Part shown: positions 45,690-64,000 of the stretch, one piece after another
How the letters are laid out: each line of letters opens with the position of its first letter
Position numbering within the stretch: the stretch's first letter is position 1
From: the human T2T-CHM13v2.0 reference genome, Homo sapiens
Length of the DNA: 64,000 bases
Assembly (NCBI RefSeq): GCF_009914755.1
Contig: NC_060942.1
Direction: 5' to 3' (one strand)
Notes under the pieces: model-generated
The model's input: the letters and a program-made list of their open reading frames with translations, nothing else
What the model was told of the DNA's origin: nothing
The model's database searches: none
Program-made: the position numbers and the translations under genes

Positions 45690-46170
45690 GCTTCACCATC
45701 CATACTCCACTTTCCCCCAGTCACAGATCCTGATATTATTTGGGGGCAGCAGCATGCCCAGCTAAAGGACCATGTGTCCCAGTCTCCCTTCAGCGTCATG
45801 TGGTCATGTGATAAGGTTCTGACCCATGAGGTGTAGGCAGAATGTTACATGAGACTTCCAAAAACTCCCTGAAAGTCCAGAAACACACCCTTTTCTTTAG
45901 TCTTCAAGTCAGAGATGTGATGATGATGGCTGCTAAGTGGTTGCCATCTTGGATCTGAGGGGACTTTGCAGATGGAAGTCATTTACTGAGGAGGGTGGAC
46001 CAGAAACATAAAAAGAGCGTGGCTCCCTGATGACATCGTGGTGCCACTTCCTCAGCCCAGACCACCCCCACTCTGGACTTATTTTTAGTAAGAAAATAAA
46101 ATCTTTATGTGTTTAAGCCACTAGCTCTCAGTTCACTGTCACTCATAGCTGAATATATTCCTGGCTGAAA
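45690..46170 (+). mobile_element. ERVL LTR (LTR33/LTR16-like)
   Basis: cccagctaaag...tcccagtctccctt...tgtggtcatgtga..gttctg; aaataaa...gtttaagccact. Confidence 0.6.
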
Positions 46171-46287
46171 TAAATGAGAAGACTAAACTTTCCACCTTTT
46201 AAAGAAAGAATATAGTGAGTAAAAAACAGGGTAAGATCTAGGAGAGATGCAAATAACCTTAAAACTCAACCTTCCTCAGCAGAAGGA

Positions 46288-46400
46288 TATAATATATATA
46301 TAATATATATAACATAAAACATAACATATATGTTACACATATAACATATATGTTACACATATAACATATATGTTACATATATCATATATTTATATATATA
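46288..46400. repeat. AT-rich repeat, 20-bp unit acatataacatatatgttac
   Basis: About three copies within a (TA)n tract. Confidence 0.9.
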
Positions 46401-47120
46401 ACAAGGATACATTCATTTAAAGCCCGAATCTCAAAAGTTCAGACAATGTATTGAAAGGGAAAATAAAACAAAAGCACTTTAGTATGAGCATTGGCGATTC
46501 CTGTTGGTCCCCCACAGGGTAGAAGATGAGAGGTTGGTCAGTCAGGAAGTGTCACCTCTGTGCACAACCTGGAGTTGTTTTGGAAGGAGGAGAGACGCCC
46601 AGAGCTTGAGCAATGCAAGCGTGATCCCTGCTCTAGGGAAGCGTGAGGTCATCTGCACATGCTCATTCATGCTCGCTTTGCTCCCCGCAGTAGGGACTCC
46701 TAGCACCTCCCTCAGACCCATCTTTGTTTTGGCTGCTGTGGCCATAAGATCTGCACAAGCCTCTGTCACAGTGCTGAGGATAGAACTGGTGAGCAAGCCC
46801 CAGTGCTGGCCCTGGAGGAGATGAGAGCTCAGTGAGCCGAGAGCAAGGAAACAAGCCATCAATCCCTGGTAGGACAAGTGTTCACAAGGGGGAAGGCCCG
46901 TGAGAAGACTGAGGAGGGGCCCTGACTCATTTTTGGAAGTCCCAGGAGGCTTCTTGGAGAAGGTGACCTTCTCCAAGAATAGAGACCTGGAGGATGAGCA
47001 GGAGTTTCTGTCCTCCCCTTAGTCACTGTTCAGTGGCAGCTGCTGTCACATGACAGTTCTTTGCCCCAGATCCATAGAGTGAAGTAGGTAGCAATGAGGT
47101 AGTTAGAAGAATACACTGCT

Positions 47121-47452
47121 GGGCTGGGCATGTTGGTGCACGCCTATAATCTCAGCACTTTGGGAGGCCAAGGCAGGCAGATCACCTGAGGTTGGGAGTT
47201 CGAGACCAGCCTGGCCAATATGGCGAAACCCCATCTCTACTAAAAAATACAAAAACAGTCAGCCAGGCATGGTGGCACATGCCTATAATCCCAGCTACTC
47301 GGGAGGCTGAGGCAGGAGAATCACTTGAAGCTGGGAGGTGGGGGTCAGAGTGAGCCAAGATCACGCCATTGCCCTCCAGCCTGGGTGACAGAGCGAGACT
47401 CTGTCTCAAAAACAAAAATTAGTTAATTAATTAATTAATTAATTTAAAAAAA
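47121..47452 (+). mobile_element. Alu (AluS-like)
   Basis: TSD aagaatacactg; (TTAA)n tail. Confidence 0.95.
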
Positions 47453-47689
47453 AAGAATACACTGTCCTCTCTTTTCCTTTCCTGGAAGTCTGAAGACAGA
47501 ACCATCTCATTTGCTCTGGAAGGAGTCAGGGCCAACATCAGGGAGTGGGATTAAGGGCCAGGGAGGATGCTGAGTTAGGAAATACCCACCTCACCACCCT
47601 GGGGGTCAGGCCCACTGGACTATTCAGGCAGTGAGCAGCAGTACCCATGACCATGAGCCTTCTTCTCACACTCTTCTCCCCATGTGACT

Positions 47690-48010
47690 TATTTTGGTAA
47701 CAGTTTCATTGAGATATAATTTATTCCTTCCCGTAGGACATAGCTAAAAAAAGAGAGAAAGAGGTAATTTATATACCACACAATTCACCTATCTAAAATG
47801 TGCAATTCAATGGATTTTAGTATATTCGTAGGGTTGCTCAATGATCACCACAATCAATTTTAAAACATTTTCATCGCTTCAGGAGGAAACCCCATACCCT
47901 TTGGCTGTCACCCCTCAATTTCCCCAACCCTGGCAACCACTGATTTCCTTTATCTCAATAGTTTTTGCCTATTCTTAACATCTCATAGAAATGGAATCAC
48001 TTACATGGTC
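47690..48010 (-). mobile_element. L1M 3' fragment
   Basis: attgagatataatt, caattcacc, cctggcaaccactgat, aaatggaatca. Confidence 0.75.
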
Positions 48011-48159
48011 CTTTGTCACTGTCACTGATGTCTTCCACGCAGCAGAATGTTTTTGGGGCTCATTCAAGCTGTGCACACTCCTTCATTCCTGGTTATAGCC
48101 AAATTATACACACACCACTTTTCCTGTGTCTCAGACTGATGTCTGGGTCAGTCATCAAT

Positions 48160-48760
48160 CCTATTCGTCAATTTATTCTCCAAATGCGTCTAGAGCAAAT
48201 ACCATGTGAAACCCATGGTTTTATGGCCCCCAAAGCTCCCAATCCATCTTCTTGTCTCCATCTCTATCATCACCATCCCGGTCTGCCACCGTCTGTCTCT
48301 GGGACCAAGGAGCTTTCCAAAAGTGAAATGTTAGCCTTCAACAGTGACTGCCCGCCCCCAAGGACTTCCCGTGATCTTAGAATAAAGACAAAGCTACCTG
48401 GCATGGCTATCAACACTCTGCCCAGTCTGGCACTTCCCTCCACTCTGTTTCAACTTCTCTCTTTTGGCTTCAGCTATCCTGTCTTCTCTCAAACACTGTC
48501 ACTTGCCACCTTGAGGCCTTGGCCTGGAACAGGCCTTATCGCTCACCTGGTTAAGGCCAGTTTACCTTCCAGGCTGCAGGTCAGTGGTCTCTTCCAGGAG
48601 AAACCTTTGCCAAAGGAGCCTCATCATAGCTCTCATAATTCTCATATCACTCTGTTCCTTTCCCACTCTGTCTCCCTTCTACACTGGAAGCTCTTTGAGG
48701 GTGGGCATTGTCTACTTATGCTCATCATTGGTTTCCCTCTACCTAACAGTGCCTGGATTA
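48160..48760 (+). mobile_element. L2 remnant
   Basis: cttagaataaagacaaag, cactggaagctctttgagggtggg, cctaacagtgcctgg. Confidence 0.55.
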
Positions 48761-48822
48761 GAAATACAGAAAGGACATCCATACCAACATTTATAGTGTG
48801 CCCTGTAACCAGACACTTTTAT

Positions 48823-49684
48823 TGATTAATTTTTTTAGTTTTTTAAAATTTTATTTTAAATTCCAGGATACATGTGCAGGACGTGCAGGTTTGTTACATA
48901 GGTAAATGTGTGCCATGGTGGTTTGCTGCACCTGTTAACGCATCACTTAGGTATTAAGCCCAGCATGCATTCGCTATTTACCATGATGATCTCCTTCCTC
49001 CTGCCCCCCCACCCCAAGCCCCAGCACTGCCGCCCCACCACCAGGCCCTGGTGTGTGTTGTTCCCCTCTGTGTCCATGTGTTCTCTTTATTCAGCTCCCA
49101 CTTATAAGTGAGAACACCCAGTGTTTGGTTTTCTGTTCCTGCGTTAGTTTGCTGAGGATAATGGCTTCCAGCTCCATCCATGTCCCTGCAAAGGACATGA
49201 TCTCGTTCCTTTTTATGGCTGCATAGTATTCCATGGTGTATATGTACCACATTTTCTTTATCCAGTCTATCATTGATGGGCATTTGGGTTGATTCCATGT
49301 CTTTGCTATTGTGAATAGTGCTGCAGTGAACATATGCACACATGTATCTTTATAATAGAATGATTTATATTCCTTTTGGTATATACCCAGTAATGGGATT
49401 GCTGGGTCAAATGGTATTTCTAGTTCTAAGTCTTTGAGGACTCACCACACTGTCTTCCACAATGGTTGAACTAATTTACTTCCCCACCAAGAATACAAAA
49501 GTGTTCCTATCTCTCCACAGCCTCGCCAGCATCTGTTGTTTCTTGATTTGTTAACAATTACCATTCTGACTGGTGTGAGATGGTATCTCATTGTGGTTTT
49601 CTTTTGCGTTTCTCTAATGGTCAGTGATGTTGAGCTGTTTTTCATGTGTTTGTTGGTTGCATAAATGTCTTTTTTTGAAAATTG
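48823..49684 (-). mobile_element. L1PA (older primate) 5'-truncated copy with ORF2 C-terminal remnant
   Basis: Translates to MRYHLTPVRM...NNRCWRGCGEIGTLL and AALFTIAKTWNQPKCPS...EYYAAIK; TSD accagacacttttat at 48808-48822 and 49685-49699. Confidence 0.95.
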
Positions 49685-50954
49685 ACCAGACACTTTTATA
49701 AAGACTATCTTGTGTCATCGTTATGATAATCCTATGTGGAAGTTATCTTCAGCTTCATTTTACCAATGAGATAAATGAAACTGTGGTAGTATAAATAAAT
49801 AACTTGTCTAAAGATACTGAGTAGCAGAGGAAGCATTCCATCCCAGACCCATTGAATTCTCAGATCTAAGATCCTGCCAGGCTGTTTCTGGAATACAGAG
49901 CAGAAAATTCCCTCCTGTTCAAGCGCTAACTAGATAAGTCCTTCTTCACAAATGCCAAGTAAGCACAGAAAAAGAGCAACAGGGAAAAAGTTTATGCTCC
50001 AAGGAAGAAGTCAACCCCAGACTGCAGGGATCGTGGTGAGATTGTATCAGGATTGGACCTTGGGGAAAGCTTCCTTATATTTGAGACTCATAAAAAAAAA
50101 AAAAAAACTCCCCACAGGTGGTCAGTTTGGTTCTTACTGGCTTGCTGGAAGTAAGTTCTCATGTTTCTAAATGCAGACCGGGTATTTCCTTTGGAATGTT
50201 CTCACATTGTTTTATTTTTGGGTGTCAACCTTTTCATTTTAGTCCAGCAAAGAACTCCTTGTTCGTTTCCTTTGGGGGATTTATTTTTCCTCCTTTTTCT
50301 GAGGCGGCAGTACCTCTACCAGGAAAAACTGATTACCAGTGCTGTCCCCAGAGTTGTCACTGAGGTGTTTCCACCGAAAGCTTCTCTGTCACTTTGAGGT
50401 CACCTGAGAGCATGAGAGCCAGGCTCACTGGTGACCTCATCCCTCTGGCCCTATTCCAGCAGCTTAGCTTTGAGCTTCATCATCACAGTGCAGCAGCTGA
50501 CTACTTGCTAACTAACGTGTTATGCCATTGATAACCAGGAACTTCCTGACTGACGTTGAACGGGAAAAGGATGGCGGATCAGAACCCCTAGAAGGAGGTC
50601 ATCTTCATATTACAAAGGACAGCCCATTTAGGGAAGTGACTTTGGTGTTGTTTAATAGATTCCCTTTGCTCTGAAGCACCCTGGGTATGTTCTTTTATAA
50701 TCAAAACAGCTGATCACTTTTCTTACAGAGATAAATTTGCTCAAAAATAATGCATCTATGTATACAATGAAATATTATTCAGCCTTAAACAGGTAGGAAA
50801 TTCTGACATGTGAATGAACCTTGAGAACATGATGCTAAGTAAAACAAGCCAGTCGCAAAAGGATAAATACTGTACAATTCCACTTTTGTGAGGTCCCTAG
50901 AATAGTTAAATTCATAGAGACAGAATGTAGAATGGTGTTTGCCAGAGGCTAGAG

Positions 50955-51383
50955 CAGAGGCCCCCAGCCCCCAGGCCACAGACCAGTACCAGTCTCACTC
51001 ACATTACTGCCTGAGCTCCGCCTCCTGTCAGATCAGCTGCAGCATTAGATTCTCACAGGACCACAAACCCTACTGTGAACTGCACAGGCAAGGGATCTAG
51101 GTTGTTCACTCCTTATGAGAGTGATGATCTGTCACTGTCTCCCATCACCCCCAGATGGGACCATCTAGTTGCAGGAAAACAAGCTCAGGGCTCCCACTGA
51201 TTCTACATTATGGTGAGCTGTATAATTATTTCATTATATATTACAATGTAATAATAATAGAAACAAAGTGCACAATAAATGTAATGCACTTGAATCATCC
51301 CAAAACCATCCCCCACCCTGGTTTGTGGAAAAATTGTCCTCCACAAAACCAGTCCTTGGTGCCAAAAAGACTGGGGACTGCTG
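50955..51383. mobile_element. MER1A (hAT-Charlie) with internal deletion
   Basis: MER1 core gagctccgcctcctgtcagatcagc...; 8-bp TSD ggctagag at 50947-50954 and 51384-51391. Confidence 0.9.
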
Positions 51384-51540
51384 GGCTAGAGAGAGGGGTT
51401 AGAGGGAGTTCGTGTTTAATGGGGACAGAGTTGTTGTTTGGGAAGATGAAAAATTTCTGGAGGTGGATGGTGGTGATGGTTGCACAATCATGATTGTACT
51501 TAATGTCATTGAACTGTATACTTAAAAATGGTTAAGATGA

Positions 51541-51840
51541 GGCCCAGTGCAGTGGCTCACACCTGTAATCCCAGCACTTTGGGAGGCCAAGGCGAATGGA
51601 TCACCTGAGGTCAGGAGTTCGAGACCAGCCTGGCCAACATGATGAAACCTCGTCTCTACTAAAAATATAAAAATTAGCTGGGTGTAGTGGTGGGCGCCTG
51701 TAATCCCAGCTACTTGGGAGACTGAGGCAGGAGCTTGAACCTGGGAAGTGGAGATTGCAGTGAGCCAAGACTGCACCATTGCACTCCACCCTGGGCAACA
51801 AGAGCAAAACTCCATCTCAAATTAAAAAATAATAATAATA
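51541..51840 (+). mobile_element. Alu (AluSq-like)
   Basis: Full dimer. Confidence 0.95.
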
Positions 51841-52055
51841 ATGGTTGTGATGGTAAATTTTGTGTTGTGTATATTTTCCCACAATAAAAAAATAATGTGC
51901 TGAAGATGCTTCTCAAAGTCTTGCCTGCTATCCTGCTACTTGTTCATCAATTGCAATTTGGCCTGCCACCTACCTTCTTGAGGCTTGTTCCTCAAAGTAT
52001 GGTCCCTGGACCAGGAGCAGCAGCAGTTGGAAGCTTGTTAGACATGCGGCATCTT

Positions 52056-52693
<638 letters not shown>

Positions 52694-52974
52694 ATGAAAA
52701 TGATTTATATGCAGGTTAAGGTTTGTGGAGGGCTGTTCTGGATCAGTGGTGGGCAAGTCTGCAGGCACACTGGAATCACCTGTGGAGTTTTAAAATTACT
52801 GATTTGATTGGTTTAGTGTGGCCAGGCATCAGGATTTACAACTGCTCACATTAGAATTCAAGTAATTCTAGTGTGCAGCCAAGGTTGGGATCAACAGATC
52901 TGGATTATCTTTTCTTCTAACCCTTCAGTGTTTTCACACTTTTCTCATCTCAGTGAACACTTATTTCCTGGGGC

Positions 52975-55944
<2,970 letters not shown>

Positions 55945-56075
55945 GAAAAGTCTCATCCTCTTGGTTTTTTTCATAATCTAAATGCATGCAAGAGAGAGAC
56001 TTCTTGTGACCTCATTAATTGAGCCCCTCATCAGGGCATGAAAACATTTATATTGATTCGTTTTCTAGATAACTA

Positions 56076-56440
<365 letters not shown>

Positions 56441-57025
56441 GGAAAATATCTAAAATTTATTTGTGTGTCCCCAATTCTCAATAGCAGGTCCATGGCTCAT
56501 TCAATGGCTCATTCAATTATTAGTGAGTATGCTTAGGTGTCAGGATTCCTGGGACTCAGAAAATCAGGACAAGTGCTGTGATCACAGAGCTGTATCAACA
56601 GTGCTAATTAATAGAGAATATTTGGTAACAGACATGTTTAATATTAGATAAGGAGACTGCATCTGGACACTGAGGAAATCCTGGGCAACTTTAGCCAAGT
56701 GAACTCATTCACCTCACTTGTTATGCCTGAGAACTGAGTCCTTTCTCCATGAAAACAAATACAGACCATCTACCATGCGACAGCAACTGCTGAGGATCTA
56801 GAAGTATAATGGTGAATGAGGAGGCTCCTATTCCCACTGAGCTGCACCCTAGTCTAAGAGATGGGCAAGAAACAAATGATCAAACAGGCAGAGGTTTATA
56901 ATCTGAGGTGTTAGTAAAAGCCATGAAGAGAAATAAAGCAGGATCGAGAGCTACTATTTTAAATCAGTGCTTCTCAAATTACCCGAGGTGAGGACCAGTT
57001 TTTCTTTTTTCAATCTGTTTTGGAC

Positions 57026-57265
<240 letters not shown>

Positions 57266-57898
57266 TGGGTACAGAGCATAATATGGTTCTAAACTATTTC
57301 TGTTTGGCTTTAAAATCATTTATAACAGAGAAACCAAAATCGCAAGGTGATAGAAATAGAAGAAGAAATTTTGAAGCATTGGATTAAGCCCAGGATATTA
57401 ATTTTTTCACTTTTCTGCAAAAGGAAGCAAGTGATGCTGTATTTTCAAAATGTATCTTTAATCATTCGTCAGTAGGCAGTCCCAACAATTTCTCCTGTAA
57501 AATTACAGGTCAATTTAAGCTATTTTGTGATGGAAAAAATAGATTCCAGATCTAAGAATTTCCTATTTGTGTATCTTCTTTTGATGGAAAACAAAATTCA
57601 AAACATTTTGTCAAATTCATAAGACATGTGGTGGTAAGTTTTGACAGATGTGCAATATCAAGATTATCACCTATTTTATTGATAATTATGGAACATGTAT
57701 GACAATCTATAATCATAGCATCTGAAGGAACAGTACTGGCAAGTTTCTAACTTCTACTTTTTCCTTTTAATCTTTTGAAAAATATATTGTACTCCTTCCT
57801 TGCATGGAAATATTAAGATTACTCAAAATACTGATGATATCAAACAAATCAGCAAGATTGTTTTTACATTATTTACATCTTTAAAAAGGTGGAACCAA

Positions 57899-58191
<293 letters not shown>

Positions 58192-58697
58192 TCAACCTAT
58201 TTTTTAATCTTTCAGAGGCACAGAGTTTGTTTCACAGTTCAAACATTCTTGATGGATGGCCTCCTTTTGACAAACATCGTACCTCAACATGCAGTGTTAC
58301 ATATAATCAGCTTTCATATTGTTACATAAATATAATTATCTTAATTTTAACACATTAGCTTTTATTTAATTCACAATTCTTACTATAATGCTCATCACAT
58401 TGACTTTTTTTTTGTAGTAAGATGTTATGGAGGAAGCAGTATGTTGGTTTATATTCCAGTGTAAAATCCTTAATCTGTGTATCTATTCTAGAAAGCTTTC
58501 CTGTCATTGCGGCTACACCATCAGAACTCACCCAGACAGGAAGCTTAAAGTGCAAACTACACTTAAACCAATATAATCCTTCAGAGTTTTAAACAGCTCA
58601 GAGCTACTTGTGTCCATAGGCAATTAAGTTGAAAGAAATAATTATTTATTTGATAGCATCATCTTCAAATCACACATATACTTTAAAAACTGCCATT

Positions 58698-58998
58698 GGC
58701 AGCCATATGTGGTGGCTCACTCCTGTAATCCCCTCATTTTGGGAGGCCAAGGCAGGTAGATTGCTTGCGCCCAGGAGTTTGAGACCAGCCTGGACCACAT
58801 GGCGAAACCCTGTTTCTACAAGAAAAAACAAAAAATACAAAAAATTAGCCAGGTGTGGTGGCACACACCTTAGCCCTGGTTACTCAGGAGGCTGAGGTGG
58901 GAGAAGTTGAGGCTGCAGTGAGCCATGAGTGCATTGCTGCATTCCAGCCTGGGCAACAGAGCAAGACCCTGTCTCAAAAAAAAAAAAAAAAAAAAAAA
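58698..58998 (+). mobile_element. Alu (AluJ-like)
   Basis: TSD actgccattggca. Confidence 0.93.
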
Positions 58999-59082
58999 AG
59001 ACTGCCATTGGCAATATGTGTACATTAGTCAAGTTGCAAAGAAAATACTAGCTTAATTTATTCAGTTGGTTGGTTTCTGTAG

Positions 59083-59466
<384 letters not shown>

Positions 59467-59638
59467 TCAAACATCCTTTCTTCAATCTTTTACTAATGTC
59501 TCAGCAACTGTACTTTTCAATCTTAGCAACCCAAAGTGCTGCTTCATAAGATACCTGCAAATTACTAATGTTTGTAAATGAAATATCAAGTGACTGCTTC
59601 CATCAGCTTTTTAATTTGTTAGTCTTTCCTTAAGAGGA

Positions 59639-59772
59639 TTTTTTTTCGTTTTAAAAAGAGATGAGGTCTCATTATGTTTCCCAGGCTGCTCTCAAACTCC
59701 TGCGTTCAGGTGATCCTCCCGCTTCTGCCTCCCAAAGTGCTAGGATCACAGGAGTGAGCCACCGCACCCAGC
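59639..59772 (-). mobile_element. FLAM-like monomer
   Basis: Left monomer; aggatt in both flanks. Confidence 0.85.
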
Positions 59773-60096
59773 AAAAGGATTATTTTGGTATTGAACTTTT
59801 CACGCTTTCTATGTAAATGCTGCTTAAGTTTTGATGGTTTCAAAGCATAATTAGCCAGTACAGCTCTATAAATAACACATCATAGTTTTTAGCAATTTGC
59901 CATCAATGATCGCTACAAACCCAACATTAATACATAAGTGAATATATATCTGAGTAAATTAGTATATATGATTTTGCTTTTATGCTATTGGAAATAACAT
60001 CTGTTGTTACTATTTGGTTGACTATCACTGCTATTTTTGGAAAAAAACAAGTCTTTTCTTGACAAAAATAGTCCAGTAAATCTTGTGTCACCATCA

Positions 60097-60420
<324 letters not shown>

Positions 60421-61028
60421 CAAAAACAAAATACAGAATACAAAATTGTCTTTACAACTAATAATGCTAAACTATAAATTGAAAGGCAAGCCTAATTAAG
60501 GGCTAAAATTACGATAATGTAATAAATTATGAAAATGTATGTGTGGTCCTAACATGCACGACTAGGATGTAGTGCACTCTACATGACTCAGCACCTGAAT
60601 TCAAAGCCCCCCAAACTCATCTATACCCCGGTCAGTGAGACAAGTCACTGTCTTGGATATTGCAGCAAATTCTAGATGTGCACCTTCAAAATTTCTGGGC
60701 TCAACTCATGGCCAAATGGCAGCAAACTGTTCACAGACAAACTCCGGTCTGTTTGCCTCACTTGGAGTAGCACCGTTTTAAAATGGCAGGGATTGAATCT
60801 TGATAGAGGTGACATTTGAGCAGAAACTTGAAAGAAGGGAGGCTACCCATCTTATACATATTTGGGGGAAGGCAGTGTAGGTAGTAGGGCCAGCAGGTGT
60901 AAACTTCTTCCTCAGGCAGAAACATGCTTGTGTGCTTTAGAAGTAGCCACCGGGGCAGCGTGGTGGCCGCAGAGTGGAGAAGGGGCAGGGCCACGTGGGA
61001 TGAGGTTGGAGACAGTGGGCAGGGGCTA

Positions 61029-61494
<466 letters not shown>

Positions 61495-61573
61495 TCAGGA
61501 GGGTCTAGGGTCAAGAGGATGAAGCAAACGCCACTGAAGCGGCTACGTTGTCTGGGGTATAAACCCGGGGTTC

Positions 61574-61878
<305 letters not shown>

Positions 61879-62002
61879 AAACCCGGGGTTCATTGTCGGG
61901 TACCAGAGTAATTTAGGACACAGACACACAGGAGGAGTTTAGGGGTGGAGGTTTAACAGTTAGAAGAGAAGAGAAAGAAAAACAGCTTCCTCTTAAAGGA
62001 AG

Positions 62003-62538
62003 TGTGTCTGGAGTTGGTTCCTGCCAGTGGGTTTGTGGTCTCGCTGACTTCAAGAATGGAGCCATGGACCTTTGCAGTGTTAGAACTCTTGAAGATGGCA
62101 CGGACCCAAAGAGTGAACAGCAGCAAGATTTATTGTGAAGAGCTAAAGAACAAAGCATCCACAGCGTTGATGGGGACCCGAGGCGGGTTACTGCTGCTGG
62201 CTGGGGGGTGGCCAGCTTTTATTCCCTTATTTGTCCCCTCCCATGTTCTGTTTCTGTCCTGTCAGAGTGCCCTTTTTTCAATCCTCCCCGCGATTGCCTA
62301 CTTTTAGACTCCTGCCGATGGTTGCATTTTACAGAGCACTGATTGGTGCATTTTACAATCCTCTTGCTCACTACAGAGTGCTGATTGGTGCATTTTTACA
62401 GAGCACTGATTGGTGTATTTTACAATCCTCTTACTAGCTACAGAATGCTGATTGGTGCATTTTACAATCCTCTTCTAAGACAGAAAAGTTCTCCAAGTCC
62501 CCACTCGACCCAGGAAGTCCAGCTGGCTTCACCTCTCA
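62003..62538 (-). mobile_element. LTR12 (ERV9, LTR12F-like) solo LTR
   Basis: Minus-strand start tgagaggtgaagccagctggacttcctgggtcgagtgggg; four ctgattggt repeats; TSD gaag at 61999-62002 and 62539-62542. Confidence 0.9.
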
Positions 62539-63224
62539 GAAGGAGTCTCTGAGCAGAAAGGACCAGCTGGTGGAGAACGCACCGAGTTTTATAGTCCAGT
62601 TTGAGGAGGTGTTGTCTGATTTACTAGGCCTCACAGATTGGTTCCATCATGTATGACATTTACAAAGCTCTCTGGGAAGGCTTGTCGCCCTACCCTAATC
62701 TTCTTATGCAAATGGACTTTCCAGTTGATGGGGGCCATATTATCTGCTTCTTACCGTACACGTGGCTGGCAGAGAAGGCAAGATGGAGCCACCATCTTGA
62801 AAAGGTCTAGTCCTTAGTTCCTGCTGGCATTCATCTGTGCAGCAAGCTGCCAGCTTGCTTGTCTATGTCTGCAGCTCAACTTTTATCAGCTGCTCTTTGT
62901 TAGAAAATTATTTGGGGCTGCTTTTCATTAAAAGGAAAGCCCTACCAAGGACTCCCATGCCCTTGCTATCTCCCTAAGTAATTCCTTTTTACCTCCTATA
63001 TCACCACAAGCCAGCTTTCCTGGGAGTCCCCTAGTTTCTCTCCAGGCCCTATCACCACTGAATCTGTCAGCATCTTTTTGGTGCACTCAGGCCTCCTGGC
63101 TCTCCTCCTCAGTATAGCCTTGAATTAATCACCAACTTATCACATAGTGAACAGATGTAGCCTTTTCCAAATCACTCAGGGTCTTCATTCTGAACCCAAA
63201 TCACCACTCTGTGCTTTAAAATAT

Positions 63225-63595
63225 CTCTCCCTTGCAGTTTGGTGTGGGTGTAGGACTACATTCTGGCCAATGGAGCTTGAGCAGAAGTGATACATGCAAC
63301 TTTCAAGTCATGCCCCGTGCCCGTTCTTTTCTTTCTGCAGGAGGGAATACAGATGAATTGGCAGGATCAGGAGCAGCCATGTTGCACCAAGAGAAGATGA
63401 AAAAAGCATATGTTGCAGATTGCAAAGTAACTAGGTAAGCATTTGAGTCCCTAAAACTATTCCTGGTATGACTGGTAGCGGCATACTAGCTTGGTCTTTT
63501 TTGTGTCAGAGAAATAAACCTTCATCTCACTTAAATCAGTATTATTTGGGGCCACTCTCTCTGTAGTAGGAGTGAAACTAGTATCCTAACTAATT
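63225..63595 (+). mobile_element. ERVL LTR (LTR33-like)
   Basis: tcccttgcag...ttctggccaatgg..agcagaagtg; agaaataaacctt. Confidence 0.55.
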
Positions 63596-64000
63596 TAACT
63601 GTCAAAAGAAAAAAAAATATGAGGCGAGAAAATAAGGAATCAAGAAACAAAAGTCAAGTTTTACTCACTTCATAGCTTGGCTCAAAAGCAACTTTAAATA
63701 TGTGAGAAATGCAACAAATGATAATCATGCATACAGAGAAATTCCTCAAGTGACAAATGCTTTTACTTTCATTTCCTTTCTTGAAAATTGACAGAGTAAG
63801 ATTCAGATGCATGTACTGACACTCACGTCAGTAACATCGGCTCAGGTTAGACTTTGGTCGTCTTATCCTTCGACTACCTAAGGGACTCATGGCCAGTATA
63901 TTTTACAACCCCCAGTGCCAGTTACTGAATTCTCACCTGAGAATGAATTCCCTAAGTCTGTAATGTTTCATCATCTTGCAACACAGATAAGCCTGTGTTT

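Larger units (their letters stand above)
50750..51895 (+). mobile_element. L1MB-type 3' end interrupted by MER1A and Alu
   Basis: acaatgaaatattattcagcc...ggatggtggtgatggttgcaca. Confidence 0.85.

Noticed and set aside
48013-48825. 270-aa ORF (and the 180-aa ORF at 20317-20859)
   Set aside because: Both lie over decayed L2 sequence with non-ATG starts and show no protein-like features
58355-58555. Domesticated ZBED/Buster-type gene
   Set aside because: Transposase motifs are broken by stops, frameshifts and Alus

Overview
Primate (most likely human) genomic DNA, very repeat-dense: about 57 Alu/monomer copies plus L1, L2, MIR, hAT DNA-transposon fossils and ERV LTRs. A ~2.5 kb CpG island (~31.8-34.4 kb) marks the promoter of a minus-strand gene. 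Splice signals suggest a multi-exon 5' leader: exon 1 ending at 33254, a 58-nt exon (31240-31297) and a 300-nt exon (726-1025). The gene body continues beyond the left edge, and I cannot name the gene. I recognise no established protein-coding CDS; nearly all tracked ORFs are repeat- or GC-derived. The region upstream of the island (34.4-64 kb) is intergenic. It holds a near-complete Charlie-type hAT fossil with TIRs and TSD, a 5'-only old L1, and an LTR12-in-LTR9 nest oriented toward the gene. I see no clear evidence of a new biological system. The best leads are the splice-dependent uORF architecture of the leader, the nested LTR promoter, a 26-bp minisatellite and several unusual rearranged Alus. 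Repeat subfamily names come from recall of consensus sequences, not a database search, and repeat edges are approximate.
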